Notes: generated by a model not told the origin, from the sequence alone. 64,000 bases of DNA from Gnetum montanum (GCA_015680685.1 MNCI01001600.1:68233-132232), one strand, 5' to 3'; positions 27,640-41,854 are shown, counted from the stretch's first letter. Program-made: numbers and translations.

Positions 27640-29990
27640 ATTGACAAATTTGGAAAATTTAGGTTTCCATGCTAGGGAAACAATGCTTAGCATGGAAGAA
27701 GGGGGGTAACATGCACTTGTACCCCCAACACCCATCTATCCCAAGATTAACCCCCAAAGTGGGCCCACATAGCCTTAAACCCCTCTAAGCATCCTTGGCA
27801 ACCCTAGAATCTCACCAGACCTAGTCGAAACCTTGGGATTTGGTAGTTTCACACTAGCGGAGGCTTCATCCATGCTGAGCATCTGATCCACAATTTGGAT
27901 GGGTGGAGGAAACAAAAACTAGCCTAAATTGACTACCTAGTAGCCATTTCTCACAGCCTAGTGGCCCCTAGACCCTGTTAGAATCCTCTAAAGCATTTGA
28001 ATGACTCAAAAGTAGTTAAATATGGTACAAAACTATCATCCCCATCTCATAAACATTAGGGCCATCATGCCCAATGTGGAAGAAAGGAAGGAGATTACAT
28101 GAGGCACTTAGGAGCCTTCAAACTACTAAATCTTGGCACCTAGTATTGACCATCAACTAGCAACCCCCAAGGCTAATATGCATAGTTAATTGGGTGTCAA
28201 ACTGGTCTAGATTTGACTTTCGTGATTCTTTCACATTGGGGAAGACCTTTTCCATGCTACCAAATGTGAAAACTAGGAGGATGAAGCTAGGAAGATAAGT
28301 GGGGAATTCCAAAAACAAGAAAACAACATTAGATTGTCTCGAACTAACACCAAAACCTTCACAACCTTTCTAGATACCACTAGAATGCCAAAAATAAGTA
28401 CAAATAAACCCCATGAGGTTTTTTCACACTAGGGAGGACCTCCTCCATGCTAAGCATTCTAGTCTCAACATGGATGGAAGGGGAGAAGCGAAAACTATTA
28501 CATTTTTCTTGCAATTTAACTTCCAAAAGCAACCCAAACCTTCTGGAAGCCACCAGACTTCTAAAAGTCACCTAAAAAAACTAAAAAAAATTTCCCTTGG
28601 ATTCTCCATGATAAGGAGGATCCCATCCACACTAAGCATCCTTGAACTAGCATGGATGGAAAAGGGGAAGCCTAAAAATCCTCTCATAACCCTCAAAATG
28701 ACTAGATTTTGACCCTAGACATTGATAGTCAATACTAGCAATCCTATGGACACTCATGCATTGCCAAAGTTGGTAAAAATTAGTAAAAAGAAGGGTCTCC
28801 TAGTTTCTCCATGTTGAGAACTCCCTCTTCCATGTTGGCCAATGTGGAAGAAAGGGGGAAACTTTGGTGGGACTTGAAAATAGCCTTTAAAAACCTTAAA
28901 TGAACACTAGAAAGTCCTATGTGTCTCTTGGAGCCTTTTTTGCACATCCTAAGACCCTAGTAGTTGCTAATATTGATCAAAAATAGCCACAAAATCTTTC
29001 CCCCCAATCTTCCACACTAAGCATGGAAACCCCTATGTGGAAAAAAGATGGGAACATCAAAAACCACTTCACATCCATTAAAACGACCTAATCTTGGCAT
29101 TAGGTAGCAATAGTTGGCACTGACAACCTTATAAACCCATATGTATAGTTAAAAACATTTAAAAATGGCAAAAGGCAAGGTCCCCTAGTTCCTCCACACT
29201 AAGAGCTACCTCTTCCATGCAAGGGAAACTTTGGAAAAACTCCAAAGTGGCCTTTAAACACCTCAAACAAACATCCTATAGTTCTACATGAACCCTAAGA
29301 CCAATTTTACACCTTCTAAAGTCCTCAAACCTAGCAAAAGTAACCACAAATAGTTAAAAAGTTATTTCCCCTAGTCTTCCACACTTAGCATACTATCCCC
29401 AATGTGAAAAAAGGGGGAAGCTCAAAAACCATCTAGGAAACCTCCAACCTAATCAAACTTGACCCCAAACCTTAATCCTTAACCCTAGCAATCCTAGAGG
29501 CACACATGCATAATTAATTGAGGCCAAAACTGGCCTAGATTTGAGATTTATGGTTCTTCCACACTAGGGATCTCTTCCTCCATGCTGCCCAATGTAGAAG
29601 CTGAAGGAGGAACTCATTTGGGGCTCATAAACACCTCAAAATTACATAAGATAACCTTGTATGCACCCTAGAACCCTATCAATAATCATTGGAGCCTTTG
29701 AAACTTCAAAAATTTGTCATAAATAACTAAAAAGTGATTCCCCCTAGTCTTCCATGCTAAGCCCCCTAGCCCTAATGTGAAAGAAGGGGGGAAGCCCAAA
29801 AAAACACTTAGGAGTACTCAAAATTATCAAATTTTGATATGAAACCCTAGCCCTTGGTCCTAGTGACTCTAGAAGCTAAAATGCATAGTTGATGATGACC
29901 TAAACTAGCCTAGCTCTAGGGTTCTTATTCCATCCATGTTGGAGAAGGTTCCTTCCACACTAAGTAGCATGGAAACAAGGGAGAAAAGCT
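27640..29990. repeat. Degenerate repeat array inside F
   Basis: Recurrent TTCCA(T/C)(G/A)CT...A(GC/AT)(A/G)TGGAA...GGGG cores at ~27666, 28620, 29010, 29377, 29750, 29955. Confidence 0.65.
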
Positions 29991-30059
29991 ACTTTTCTAC
30001 TTTTGATGGTAAGATGACACTTCTAGAAGCTAAAGATCTACGTTGAAAAAGCCTAGAAA

Positions 30060-30465
30060 CTCATAGCCTTAAGATTTTTTTCATTTGACATCATTTGAAT
30101 TGTAGATTCCATTGCTCCAAGTAGCCTTAACCAACTTCATCAATGATGAGCAAAATAAGGAGTTGTGAATAACAGCCCTAGACTTGGTGAAGGAGCAATG
30201 TATGAAAACATTTACTCATATCAAACACAATCAAGAGAGACAGAAGTGGTAACATCACCATAACTTGACCATGTATAAGATGAAGGAGGATGACCTGCTT
30301 CTCAAAGTCATTCATGAGCATGCGAACAAATTCTTAGCTAACTACGAAGGACCCTTCCTTGTCACCAAAGCCTATAGGAATGATGCATTCAAGATAGTTG
30401 ACATGGATGGGAATGAGTTGGCCAATATGTTTAATCATTCCAATATAAAGCCATACTACATGTAA
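30060..30465 (+). pseudogene. Integrase C-terminal tail (GPF motif) of F
   Basis: KFLANYEGPFLVTKAYRNDAFKIVDMDGNELANMFNHSNIKPYYM. Confidence 0.85.
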
Positions 30466-30693
30466 CTAACAATCATTAACAAGCAAGACTACTTTCAATA
30501 GCCTACCAGAACCTTAAACTAGTACAATGGTCTACCACAGCCTTAAACTAGCAACTTTAGTGACCTAGATAGCTTGGTTTTATCATCTCATATGGCCTGT
30601 ATGCATTGTAGCATTATAATGTGTAATGGTGTTTTGTATTCTTTTCGGGTGCCTCTTAGATCAATGTTGTAGACACCAACAAAGAGGGGCCAT

Positions 30694-32136
30694 TGAAACA
30701 CCACAAAAATTTGCATGTTATGACCAATTTTTATCACTTAGCTTTCATTGCATGAAACCTGAGGTAAAACTTCATTGTAAATGTGAAGATTGTAATCCAT
30801 GAGGGGAAAACTCACATATTCCATACTTTTGGGGCTTAGAAATTCCTCATAAGTGGTCAAAGTCTCATTCCCCAAGTGAAAAAAGTCATCTAGTGTCTAT
30901 ATTTAGGCTTGGGGGGTCAAAATTGCCTCTTGAAATGCCAAAAATGGTAATTTTATGGATTTTATAGGGGGTATACATTTTTCTACACTGGAAATACTTA
31001 CAGTAGGTAAATCTCACCTACCCCCAATGTGGAGGAGTGGGGGGTTTTCCCTCAACTTGGAAACTTTTCCCCCAACATGGAAATTGCATACCCGTAGTGT
31101 GGAATCCACAAAAGCCAAATTTCAACACTCCATGCACTCCAACATTGACTAGCAACTTCAACAAGGATGGTAGAAGGCTTAGTGTTAAAGACCAATTTTT
31201 GGCATGGAAGGTGTGCCCCCATTATTATTCATGGTAAATGGAATGGCCATGGGAAGAAGGAATTTACTATGTATAGTAACCCCCCAAATTTAGGCATCCA
31301 TCTCACATGTACAAGGTAGAAATTTGTAGCAAAATTATAGCTAATTTGCAGCCATTGTATAGCCAAATTACAACCATTTTGTAGTACTATTCATGGCCTA
31401 AGACCTATAAAAAATAGCCTTAAACACCATTTACAAGTTCCACACTTTCTATAATTTAACACTTTGGCAATTTCATAACCTTGACATTAGTTCTCACAAA
31501 TTTTCACAATTCCACACTTGGGCATTTTCAAGCACTCGAGCTCTTACATTCTCCCATGTTTGCATTCTCTTGAATCTTATGGAAGCATTATAGCCTTAAA
31601 ACTTGTGAACTTTTGGGGTCAACACTACATTTCTAGGGCTCCCAACCCCTAGTGTGAAGCAATTTGGTAGCCAAATTTCTCACTTTTCTCACCCCTAGTA
31701 GTAATCCAAATTGTGGATCTATATTTTGTAGTAGAGAAGATTCGAACACATTAGGAGTGGCTTGGTATCTGAACCATGGAGTAGATCCCATCGACTTCAA
31801 CGAGCCTTGAACTCTTGCCCTAATGAACCCTCCTTTGCTCTCTCATAGGTCTGTATTATATACATTTTTGGAACTCTTCCTTTATTTTTTTAATAAATTT
31901 TTAAAGTTTCATTTTTGTGTGCAATCTGCATTTTCTTATTTTTTGTTCTATAGGTATGTAATTTTTTCATTATCATTTGCATCATTTGTCTTGCATTTTA
32001 TAAGTTCCTAGGTGATTTTCTAGACTATCTAGGGTATCTCGAATCCCATTTCCTTTGGAGGCCTTGGGGATTCAAGGTTGAGGCTGCTACACCAGATCCA
32101 TTAGTTTTTTAGCAATTAATTTTTCTAATTGCAACA
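30694..32136 (+). repeat. 3' LTR of F (1443 bp)
   Basis: TGAAACACC...GCAACA after the PPT; colinear with the 5' LTR. Confidence 0.9.
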
Positions 32137-35113
32137 ATTAGTGTGACCATAAACTTGATAACTGAATACATAGTATATAAACTTTTCTAGTGCATAAACC
32201 AAAACCATGAGCTACTTAATAATATTCATGTAGTTAAATTATGTTGCAATGATGCCATGGTTAGCGCAATGAATGTAATAAGGTCTTCTTTTATCATTTA
32301 ATTAAGTAAGTATTGTCCCTATCACATAGTTAGAAGTGGCCATCATTTTTGGAAAGATCTTGATCAATCTAGAGTCTTTAAGATTGAAATCTCAACTAAT
32401 TTCTATTTTAAGCTCTCAAATGTCTTTGCATACTCTTCTAACCAAAAAAATGATGCACCTTTCTTCATTACTTTCATAACTAGTTTTCCATCTTTGAAAA
32501 ATTATTAATGAATATTCTATGACATCCAATATTATTAAGAAATGATCTAATATCCTTAAACATTTGTGTTCTCTAGGTGATGTTCTAGATAAATTTTATT
32601 TTATTAGGATCTACCTTAATTCCTTTTTGTGATACTTCGTACTTTAGAACTATTCCTTCTTGAATTAGTAAATGGCTCTTTTGCTAATTGAGCTTTAGAT
32701 TTTTTCTTATGCATCTTTTCAAAACCTATCCTAATCAATCTAAAGCTTTCTCAAAATTAGGTCCATAAGTAGAAAAAGCATCCATAAATACTAAGAAAAT
32801 ATACTAAGAAAAGCTCTTTGGAATGTTTTAGAAGCATTGTATAGACCAAATGACATGTTTTATACACAACAATTCCTCATGTGCAGGTAAATTTAGTCTT
32901 CTCTTGGTCTTCTAATATGATATGGATTTCATTGTATCCACTATATCCATCTAGAAAACTATAATACTGATGCCTCACAATGGTATCCAAGACTTGGTTA
33001 ACAAACAACAAAGGAAAATGATCTTTAAATGTTTTCACACTGAGTAATTTCAAATTGATAAAAATCCTCCACTTGTTATCTTTCTTAGAAGCAATAACTA
33101 ATGGACTTATCCATTCACTGTCTACTATTAGAAACTCTTATTTGACTACTTTCTTAAGTTTCAGATTCAACCTACATTGAGACTAGAACTTTTGGATTTG
33201 CATAGATGTAGTACTAGAAAATACATGATCATCAAAAGGCCATGCAAAATCTATTCACAAATTGTTTACAACCTCAATTAATCTTTGTTTTTATTTTTCA
33301 TTTAGATTGACATTGATAATTTTTTATTTCTCATTATTTAGAAAAACATATTTTAGCATACCTAGTAATGTTTTGAGTTCTAAGGGTTCTCACTTAAATT
33401 TATTATGAATTTATAGCTCTCTCCATTCACTGTCATCTTCTTATTGAAACTTAGTATGAAAAAGTTGTTTTCTTATCTATTTCTTCAACATAGGAACTTT
33501 TGATCTTCTTAGTTAGTTTCATACATATATCTAATCTTGATTCTCTCTCATCAATTAACCATTGGATGTCTTCTTGTTTGATGGATGTTACATACACATA
33601 CTATTGAACACACACATCTTCAATACAACTTCTACATGTTATGATGAGACTCTTCCTTGTGGTTCATACTTTTTGCATGCAGTTACATCCTATATCGATG
33701 TACGTAATGCAAAAAATTCCTTGCTTTTGTACGGCTCTTCTTTCATCCTCCTTAGAAATTTCCAAGGAAAAATCCCTTATTTCTAACTTAGCATTAATGG
33801 TGTTAATCCATGTCCTTTCCATGATAATAGGAAACTCTTGTTTATGCTTCCCAACATGAATGATGAAGACATTTTTAGGATAGGACTAGACGTTGATGGC
33901 AGTTACAACATTGTCCACTTGTCAAATTGGGACAATAATTGAGTGGTCAGCATGCTCTAGTATGATATTACACTTTTTTAATGGATGCAGATTCCAGGCT
34001 TTGTACATATCTTGAGAAATCAAGTTTACTCCAAAATATGAATCTAAAAAGACCTTTGAGGATGTATTTCTTGCTATATGGAGGTCAATTAAAGGACATC
34101 CTAGATCAATTTTCTTCTTAAAAAGTGCTCCTAACTTGATCCAATGGCTTACCATTTGCATAAGCATGACAATTTTAAGGTTCTACTTTACTTGTTGTTG
34201 AAGCATGGTATTTGACTAAGGAATTATCATTTTAGGAATAGGCTTGGATGAAATCCCTATCCTATTAGCTTTCTCTAGACTTTTCCTAAAGAAAGGTCAT
34301 TTCTTTAATCTTAATTCACAACTACTGGTGCAAACCTCTCATGTTTACTTATTGCCTTTGTTGCATTTTTCTACTATAGTTGCATTAGCAATTCTCCTTC
34401 ATTGTTAGTGACAGTATTGGAGATAATCAGTTATGAGATTGATGCAGATGAGGTGCAACTAGATGTGAAATGTACAATGGTGGTTTAGGTTATGGGGTTG
34501 TAATCCTATGATATTCCATTAGTTCATAGTAAGAACAAGCATAAATTAAAGTACCCCCTAGAGATATGAGTTATTAAATGTAGTAACCATATCGATTTGG
34601 CTATCTATAAGGGAACTATTGTCCTAATTGTGGCATTTCCCATGATTATGGCTATTGCCACTATTGATGATATCACTCTCAAGGTTAAGGATAAGTCATG
34701 TTAAGATAGAATTATTTTTGGTAGGGTTATCTATAATTACCTTATGGATAAGGTAATCTTATGGGCATTTTTTTTTCTTAACAAACTTTGGAATTAGTAC
34801 ATATGCTCCAGATTCTTGTAGATGTCTCATGATAGGATAACATTCCTTAGGATGTTCATATTAACATACATTAAATCCATGTTCTTCTTCATATCTGGAT
34901 TTTGTAACTTCTTCTACAACAACTATATTTCACATGTACTTGCTACATTCATTATCGTTCTTCTTGTTGTTGTCTTTGCTCATAGTAAATGCTTACTCTA
35001 TCTTCTCTTCTACTATTTTTAATGTTGCTTCAAACTTTTCATCCATAAAAATTCATATCTTGGTGTAGGAATGCCTCTTCTAATTCCCTTTCTGTTATTC
35101 TATAGATGATTTT

Positions 35114-35900
35114 TGTAGGTTTCAAGAGATTGAAGAGACATCTTAAAGATCAAAGAGATATTTGAACCGAGTATAAAGACCTTGTAAGAGATGTCTCATA
35201 TTCAGGAGAGACATTTTAACTATGCTTCAAAACTCTCAAGTAAGATGTCCCAAAAGTGGTGAAACATTCTAGTTCAGAGTTAGGACATCCCACAAACTGG
35301 AAAACATCCTAGTTAAGATGTCCCATACATGGATGAGATGTCTCACACCTAAGTAAGATGTTCCATCTGCAAGCTAGGGTTGATAATGAGACATCTTGTG
35401 GAGGCTAGGGCTAACCTAAATGAGTGAGGAAACTTCCAAAATTAATAGTTTCAAATTGGAAAACAACTAAACAATGTAGAAAAAAATGGAAACATCCTAA
35501 GATCCTCAAGTTAAGTTGGGGAAAGGTTTCTAGGTTTCTTGTCTTCTCTTTATCAATAAATATTGATGTATTTCTTTATGAAATGTCATGAGATGGAAAC
35601 ATCATCAATGAAAGAATTAATATGTGTGGTAAGAGTCTGAGTAAGCATATTAAGTGAGTGCATGTGTAGTTGCACCTCCAAGGTTAATTTTATGGTGTAC
35701 TAGCTTGTGTGTTCTCATGTCTTACTTGTGAGTTGAGATCTTAATCCTAGTCATAGGAGAGATTCTCTTTCAGTTGTGTCTTAAATTAAGAAAAACTATT
35801 GTGTGGTTGTAGAGCCTCATGCTCTGTAACATCATTTGAGTATGTTTGAGTGTTTTGGATGTTTTGTGAGTTGTGGAACCTTATTGTAATCTTCCGTACA
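35114..35900 (+). repeat. Probable solo LTR of another family inside D gag (ends approximate)
   Basis: TGTA...TACA ends, clustered GAGACATC/GATGTCTC motifs, GT-rich U5-like tail; no clean TSD. Confidence 0.4.
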
Positions 35901-36451
35901 ATAATTGAAGATAACTAGTTTTCTTGTTTTTTATCATATTGATTTATCTTTTCATAATATCTAGATTTAATGGGTTCGAAGGTTAATTTCTATTGCAATG
36001 AACCTATTTTACATCTTCTCTACTCTAGTAACTTCTATAGGCAAATTATTTATCTAATTCACATCTTCCATGATTTCCTCCTCTTGAATTTCACAAACTC
36101 TCACATCTCTCTTTCTTAAAGAAGGATCTCTATTATTTCCTTTAGTTAAATCTCTTTTTCTTAACTCATCTTCTTTCTTTGCAACCTATTCCAACAACCT
36201 TTGTATATGATGGACTATCATTGCTAATAATATTCCTTGGGGATACATACCAAGAGTCTCTTTGGTTTTGTTCCTTAGCCCATCAATTATATGCTTCAAC
36301 TATTTCCTTTGAGAAAATCCATGACTTGGGAATTGGTGTAAAAATGAGTAATACTTGCTCATAGCTACATCAAGGGATTCTTGTGTCCCTTGCTTCCATC
36401 CTTAGATTTGTTTTATTAAATTTAATATTCATGAATAAATTTGATACTTAT

Positions 36452-37311
36452 TGATGGGACGCAATATCGCATGGGCCACGCTATCACGACTATCGCAATA
36501 TCGCATCCCTTGCGATATCGCGTACACGATATCACGTCTTCCCCTATGATATCACATACGCGATATCGTGGTGCACCGTCATATCTATAAATAAGAGGCG
36601 GCTCTCCCTTGTTTCCTCATCCTAGGCTAGACAGTAGGGAAACTCTGGCAGATTGATCACTCTAGAGATAGAATACTTTCCATGTGCCTATAGTAGGAGT
36701 CCTAAAGTGAACGGATCTTTATTCGAGTAGACATTATACCTAAACACAAGTTTGTGTACGGAAATAAAGATGACCTTCTTGGATAAACCTTGTAGTGCAT
36801 GGAATAGGCTAATTAGGATTTTCTTTACTATTATTTATTATCTGTTATTTATTGCTTTTTTAGTTATTAAATCTCTCTCAACCCTTCTCTCCTAGTTAAG
36901 TGCCTCAGTACGACCACTTCAAGCACGTGCGTTACACTTGGTGATCCCAGCAATGATTAGCATTTGGTAACCAAGGTTGCATTGGTTCAGGGTGTGAAAG
37001 GTAAGTGAGAATGAATGCTGACGCTAGGTTAATTTAGACTTAGTTCATTAGTTAGCGTTAGTAATTAGTTTCTCAACCCTTCACCTTGTTAGCATAGGAG
37101 ACAAAAAGCATAAAAAGCATAAAAATCATATACCTCATACTTACTTAACCATACGCCATGAAAACTACAAGTAAGTCTAAGAAGACAACGAATGATTAAC
37201 CCTAAGTGTTTCATGAGGTGTGTAGGCACTTAGTCTACGAAGTTCGACCGGATCGCATGTGCTACGCTCGTATTTGTATGGTTGAGTGTAGGGGTACCTC
37301 GCCACTCATCA
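36452..37311 (+). repeat. 5' LTR of A copy 2 (860 bp)
   Basis: TGATGGGAC...CTCATCA; GCGATATCGC-type array then TCTATAAATA. Confidence 0.95.
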
Positions 37312-37330
37312 TTGGTGCCGTTGCCAGGGA
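37312..37330 (+). promoter_or_regulatory. Primer-binding site, Athila type
   Basis: TTGGTGCCGTTGCCAGGGA directly after the 5' LTR, a variant of TGGCGCCGTTGCCGGGGA. Confidence 0.85.
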
Positions 37331-37449
37331 CTAAGTGTTTGTGTGCTAAATAGAACATAGGATATGACTCACATCGTTGGGAGCCTAAACAAACCTTCAG
37401 GTTAATTAAAAGAAAAATTATATAACAGTTATTTAGCACACCGATAACA

Positions 37450-39354
37450 ATGTCTTCTTCTAACAAAAGCAACTCACCACCTAGGGATAATACAAGAAAC
37501 AGTCGGCAATCAAAAACACATAACTGAAATCAGCCAAGTCCTCAATAATACCGGATAGTCTATACTCATCCCGATGAGTATATTCCAAACTTTACCTTTA
37601 TCCTTCATCAAGATGAACAGCTGCAACGAAGAGATTTGCAAGGTAACATCATGTTACCTCTAGATCGATCAGTCCCTAACATGCTCCTCCATGCTTTGGC
37701 ATAGATTGGCATGACAGAATTATATGTTGAATACGTTGCAGAAGACTTTGACATGAGGGATTATCATCCCATAGAAGCACAACGTATCAGGGACTCACAG
37801 CAGGAGAGCCAACATACCCTGTTGAAGGGCAAAGGCCTACACATCCTTAGTGACAAAGGAGATGATGAACCCATTATAACAGGTTCTCTATTAAATGATG
37901 TTCCCCCTCCTAACCATGGTGAGGAGGTTGGGTATCAGAACCTACAATCAATGAAACATAATACTGGTTCTGATCCCCGTGAATGCCAGCTGTTCATAGA
38001 GGGAACAAAAACTCATGCTAAGGATAGGCACTTAGATCATCATCACGATCGGGGCCACAACAGTCGAAGAGAAGGTAGGAAACATCATCATCATGATGGT
38101 TCTCCTTCTTCTTCTCCTTCATCTCATCACTCACCCTCTCCTTCCACATCTGGGCACAACCACCATGAGCATAACGGTGAGGATAGAGGTAGACAAAACC
38201 AGAGAACTTGACGGGAAATTCGAGAGAGAGGACAAGGACATGAACAAAGGGAAAGTAGGGAACAATGAAGACATCACAGGTGTCATGAAAGAGATGATCA
38301 TGACAAGCCCCTACTTGCAACCTAAAGTATGCTTGACATAACGAAGGCAATAAGAATTCCAACAGGGCATCAAAAGGATAGTCAGATCAAGCGTTTAGAC
38401 ATGAACAATATCTCATGCTTTGAAGGGGGATACAACTTAGATCCACAACATCATTTATAGGAATTCCATGATGCCTACGCCTTGTAGAACATAGAAAATA
38501 AGTGGCAAAACTTAAGTTGTTTCCCAGCACACTCATCAAAGAAGTAGAGAGTTGGTACCAGTCCTTAGAGCCGAAAACCATCAGGAGGTGGAGTACGATG
38601 TTAGAACTCTTTAATGATAAGTATCAAACGTACTCCAGAGTGTCTAATTTGCGTAAGAAGATCCAAGGATGGAAGTAAGGTACTCATGAACCCTTGGATG
38701 CTGCAATGGACCACTACTATGCATTGTTACATCATTGCCTGGGCCATGGATACGCTCAACAGGATCAACTTCGCCACATCATGGATGGGCTAAGGAATGA
38801 GACTAGAAGAACCCTTGGGACTTATGCCCAAGGGAGACAATCAAAACTTAGAGCCCATGAAGTACATTGCTTGTTGGAACAAGTAGAAAAAGAAGAATAT
38901 GAGCTATGAAAAAGGGAAAGTGTGGAAGAATACAACCGTGATCCCTCCCTTCAAAAGAAGGGAGTAAGATTTTGTGATGAGGAGGATGAGTCACCACTCG
39001 AAGAGTTGGTGAATAGAAAAACCTTGTCGATCCAAAAACTAACAACTGAAGTATCGGCTAAGGTGGACCAATTGTGGGATTCCTTAGACTCCAGACTTGA
39101 AACTATCTTGAAAATCGTAGAAGAGTCTAAGGTGGAATGAACTAGTGACAAAGGTAAGACAAAGCGGAGAGATTCAAGCCCTGCACATAACAAGGATAAG
39201 GGGAAAATTTACTATCTACGATGAAGTTGTGGATTCATACACAAACAATGACGGTGGACGTGAGATCTGCCAATATGATCATCCTAAGGGATGTTGCCCA
39301 ATCATCTCACATCTACAGGAGTCTGGGGTGTATGCACTTAATCCAAGACTTAAC
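37450..39354 (+). pseudogene. gag of A (5' part) with long His/Ser-rich N-terminal extension; interrupted by solo LTR B
   Basis: LKLFPSTLIKEVESWYQSLEPKTIRRWSTMLELFNDKY...HYYALLHHCLGHGY (retrotransposon gag). Confidence 0.85.
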
Positions 39355-40714
39355 TGTTGGCACATTTGGCCATTCTATGGAACAGTAAGACTCCTGATTT
39401 GAAAAACTAATACTCATGGGTATTATTTTGGTAAGCCTCTTGCTTCATTTTCAATGACTTACAAAAGTTATCAAAGTTATATTCAAAGGTTGTTGGCATT
39501 TTGGACAAAAATGAGCCTAGAATCATTGAACACTACCAAACCTTAACTTATCTAGGTACATACATTGGTGCTAAAGTCCAAAATTTAAATCTTTATACTG
39601 CAAAACATGAAGCTGGTAGTGGCTGGAAGGTTTCTTGCTGTATTACAGTTGTAGGAGTAGGAGCAGTAGCAGTAGGGTTCATCCCAGATTTGGGTGTCTG
39701 CAATTCGATTTTTGTCTCCAGCAATGCCTGCATTGTCACGAAAATGGAATGCGACCGCGAGGGATCTGCACCTCACCATTGCCATGACAAAGATCAGCGA
39801 CAAAATTGACTGACCTGCAGATGACACATCGCAGAGCTTGATATTGGAGGTTGCGTTAGTTGCAGAAAACATGAACATAATTTCGAGAGCTCCTCCTCCT
39901 CCTCTCGCGTAAACCCTAACCCTGCCCAAGAAGAAGGTGAGTTATCGCTAGAAATTGTGAAAACGCAAACGAAGTTCGAAGGCGCAGACAACGCGGCAAA
40001 AGCAAGAGCAAAAGCAAAGTCCTCCTCGCTCAGGAAAATGTTCAAGAACTTCAAAACTGTGCGGAGCATTGGGCACGCGCGGGACCTCCGAAACAAAGAA
40101 GACAGGTAACGGTCTCTGTCGCGCACGGGGAGGGCTGTGACGATGGCAGCGACACCAATACAACACGCGGTCGTGGCATGCATGGAAAACCCCCAAATCG
40201 GAACTTGCATTTTTTGGTGTTCTGTTCTGCATGTCTACAGTTGCACTGCGGAAAACAACGAACAAAGAATAATAGGCAGAGAACAAAGGGTAGACAGCAA
40301 GCAGGTGCGTTTCCAGCTCGTCCCTGCAACTTCCAAAAATCAGTTACGCCATCGCTAAACAGCAGCCAGGCCCAACGCCGATGCATTCGGCACCGCATCT
40401 CAGTCCAACGAACACGGTGACAAAGACACAGGGGCACATCAAAGACAAGTGTCCGGAGATATTTTGGGCTGATGCTGCAGTTTATTAATAAAATTTAAAA
40501 ATTTAAAATAATCCACAATACCGTATGCACTAAAGTATGGAGCCCCATTATAAACTTACCTTTTTAAAAATTATCTCAAGACTCCAAAAACATTATTGTT
40601 CAAAATAAGTTACTACCTACAACTATTTGTATTATAGATATAACTTCCAAAGCATAAATCTCTCCTAATTATATGTATAACTTCCTAAATAACTCCTTCC
40701 TAATTAAATAAGTA

Positions 40715-41170
40715 AGTTGTAACCTCCTAACTTGGAAGAAAAGTTAGCTAGGATATTTTAGCAAGTAATCTCCTATTGGTTGGACAAGTTACTTGGGAGA
40801 GAAGTTAGGTGAGATATTTTGAAATTGTAACTTCTCTATACATCACTTAGAAGACTTGACATCTCATTTTGAAGAAGCAAAATAAAAGGGATATATATGT
40901 ATGGAATAAGTTGCAACTATAGCTTGTATTTCTATGTATCTTAGTGGTTGTATTTTAATTTTCTATGATATTTTAACCACCAAGACCACTTATCAATTGT
41001 AGCCTTTTTATCTCTTTGGTGGTTGAAACCACCCATATTGTTGTAACTTACCTAACTTGTTGGGCAAGTAACCTCCTAACTTGTTGGGCAGGTAATCTCC
41101 TAATTGGTTGGCCAAGTTACTTGGAAGAGAAGTTAGGTGAGATATTTTTGAATATGTAACTTCCCTACCT
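40715..41170 (+). repeat. U3 repeat cluster in LTR B
   Basis: GTAA(C/T)CTCCTAA(C/T)TG units and a duplicated AAGTTACTTGG.AGAGAAGTTAGGTGAGATATTTT block. Confidence 0.75.
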
Positions 41171-41854
41171 ACCTTGGAACCCTATAAAAAGGCTTCAGGG
41201 TCAAGGAGGAATAGGGGGCTCTGATATGATCATCACTTGAAATCATCAACACACTTAAAGTCTTGGAAGATTTGTAAAGAAGATTGCTTGTAAGATGGCT
41301 TGCTAGAATAAAGATTTCAGCCTCTTTGTCATGGTCCTGTGAGTTATGCATTTCATTTTTTGTTTTGTTTAAATTATTTAGCTAGTGGTTTAGATAGTAT
41401 CATCCTTGGCAAGTAATTTTGGGATTTTTAGATTGCTTTTACTGTTCTTGTTGCTCAATAGAAATTTCTATTGAAATTTTACCATAGAAGCACTTGTGTT
41501 TAAAAGGCTTTTTTTTTGAGAGAATGTTCGGGAATGTATTATTGAAAGAATGGTACAGGAGTATACAAGTACAAGTGGGGGTGGCCCACCCTGAAGCGGG
41601 GGGGATCCCCGAAAACCCACAAAAGATCAAGAGAAAAAACTTGGCCGACCCCCAGCATGGCGGCCGAACCACAGAGCCATACAGATGTCCAAAACCCCCC
41701 AACATGGGGGGGTGCACCCCCAACGTGGGGGGGGGGGCCGCACCCACAACGCAAAAGTAAGGGGGAGGACAGGAGGGGGGGCGCACCCCCAACAGGGGGG
41801 CACAACCCCACACAAACAGTAACGACGAGCCCAACAGAGAATGGGGGGGAGGGG

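Larger units (their letters stand above)
14997..32136 (+). mobile_element. Tat/Ogre-like LTR retrotransposon F (17.1 kb), non-autonomous
   Basis: Paired LTRs, near-TSD GTTAG/ATTAG, decayed PBS (..TGCTAGAAGGAGGG), PPT AAAGAGGGGC; gag, protease and integrase tail only. Confidence 0.9.
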
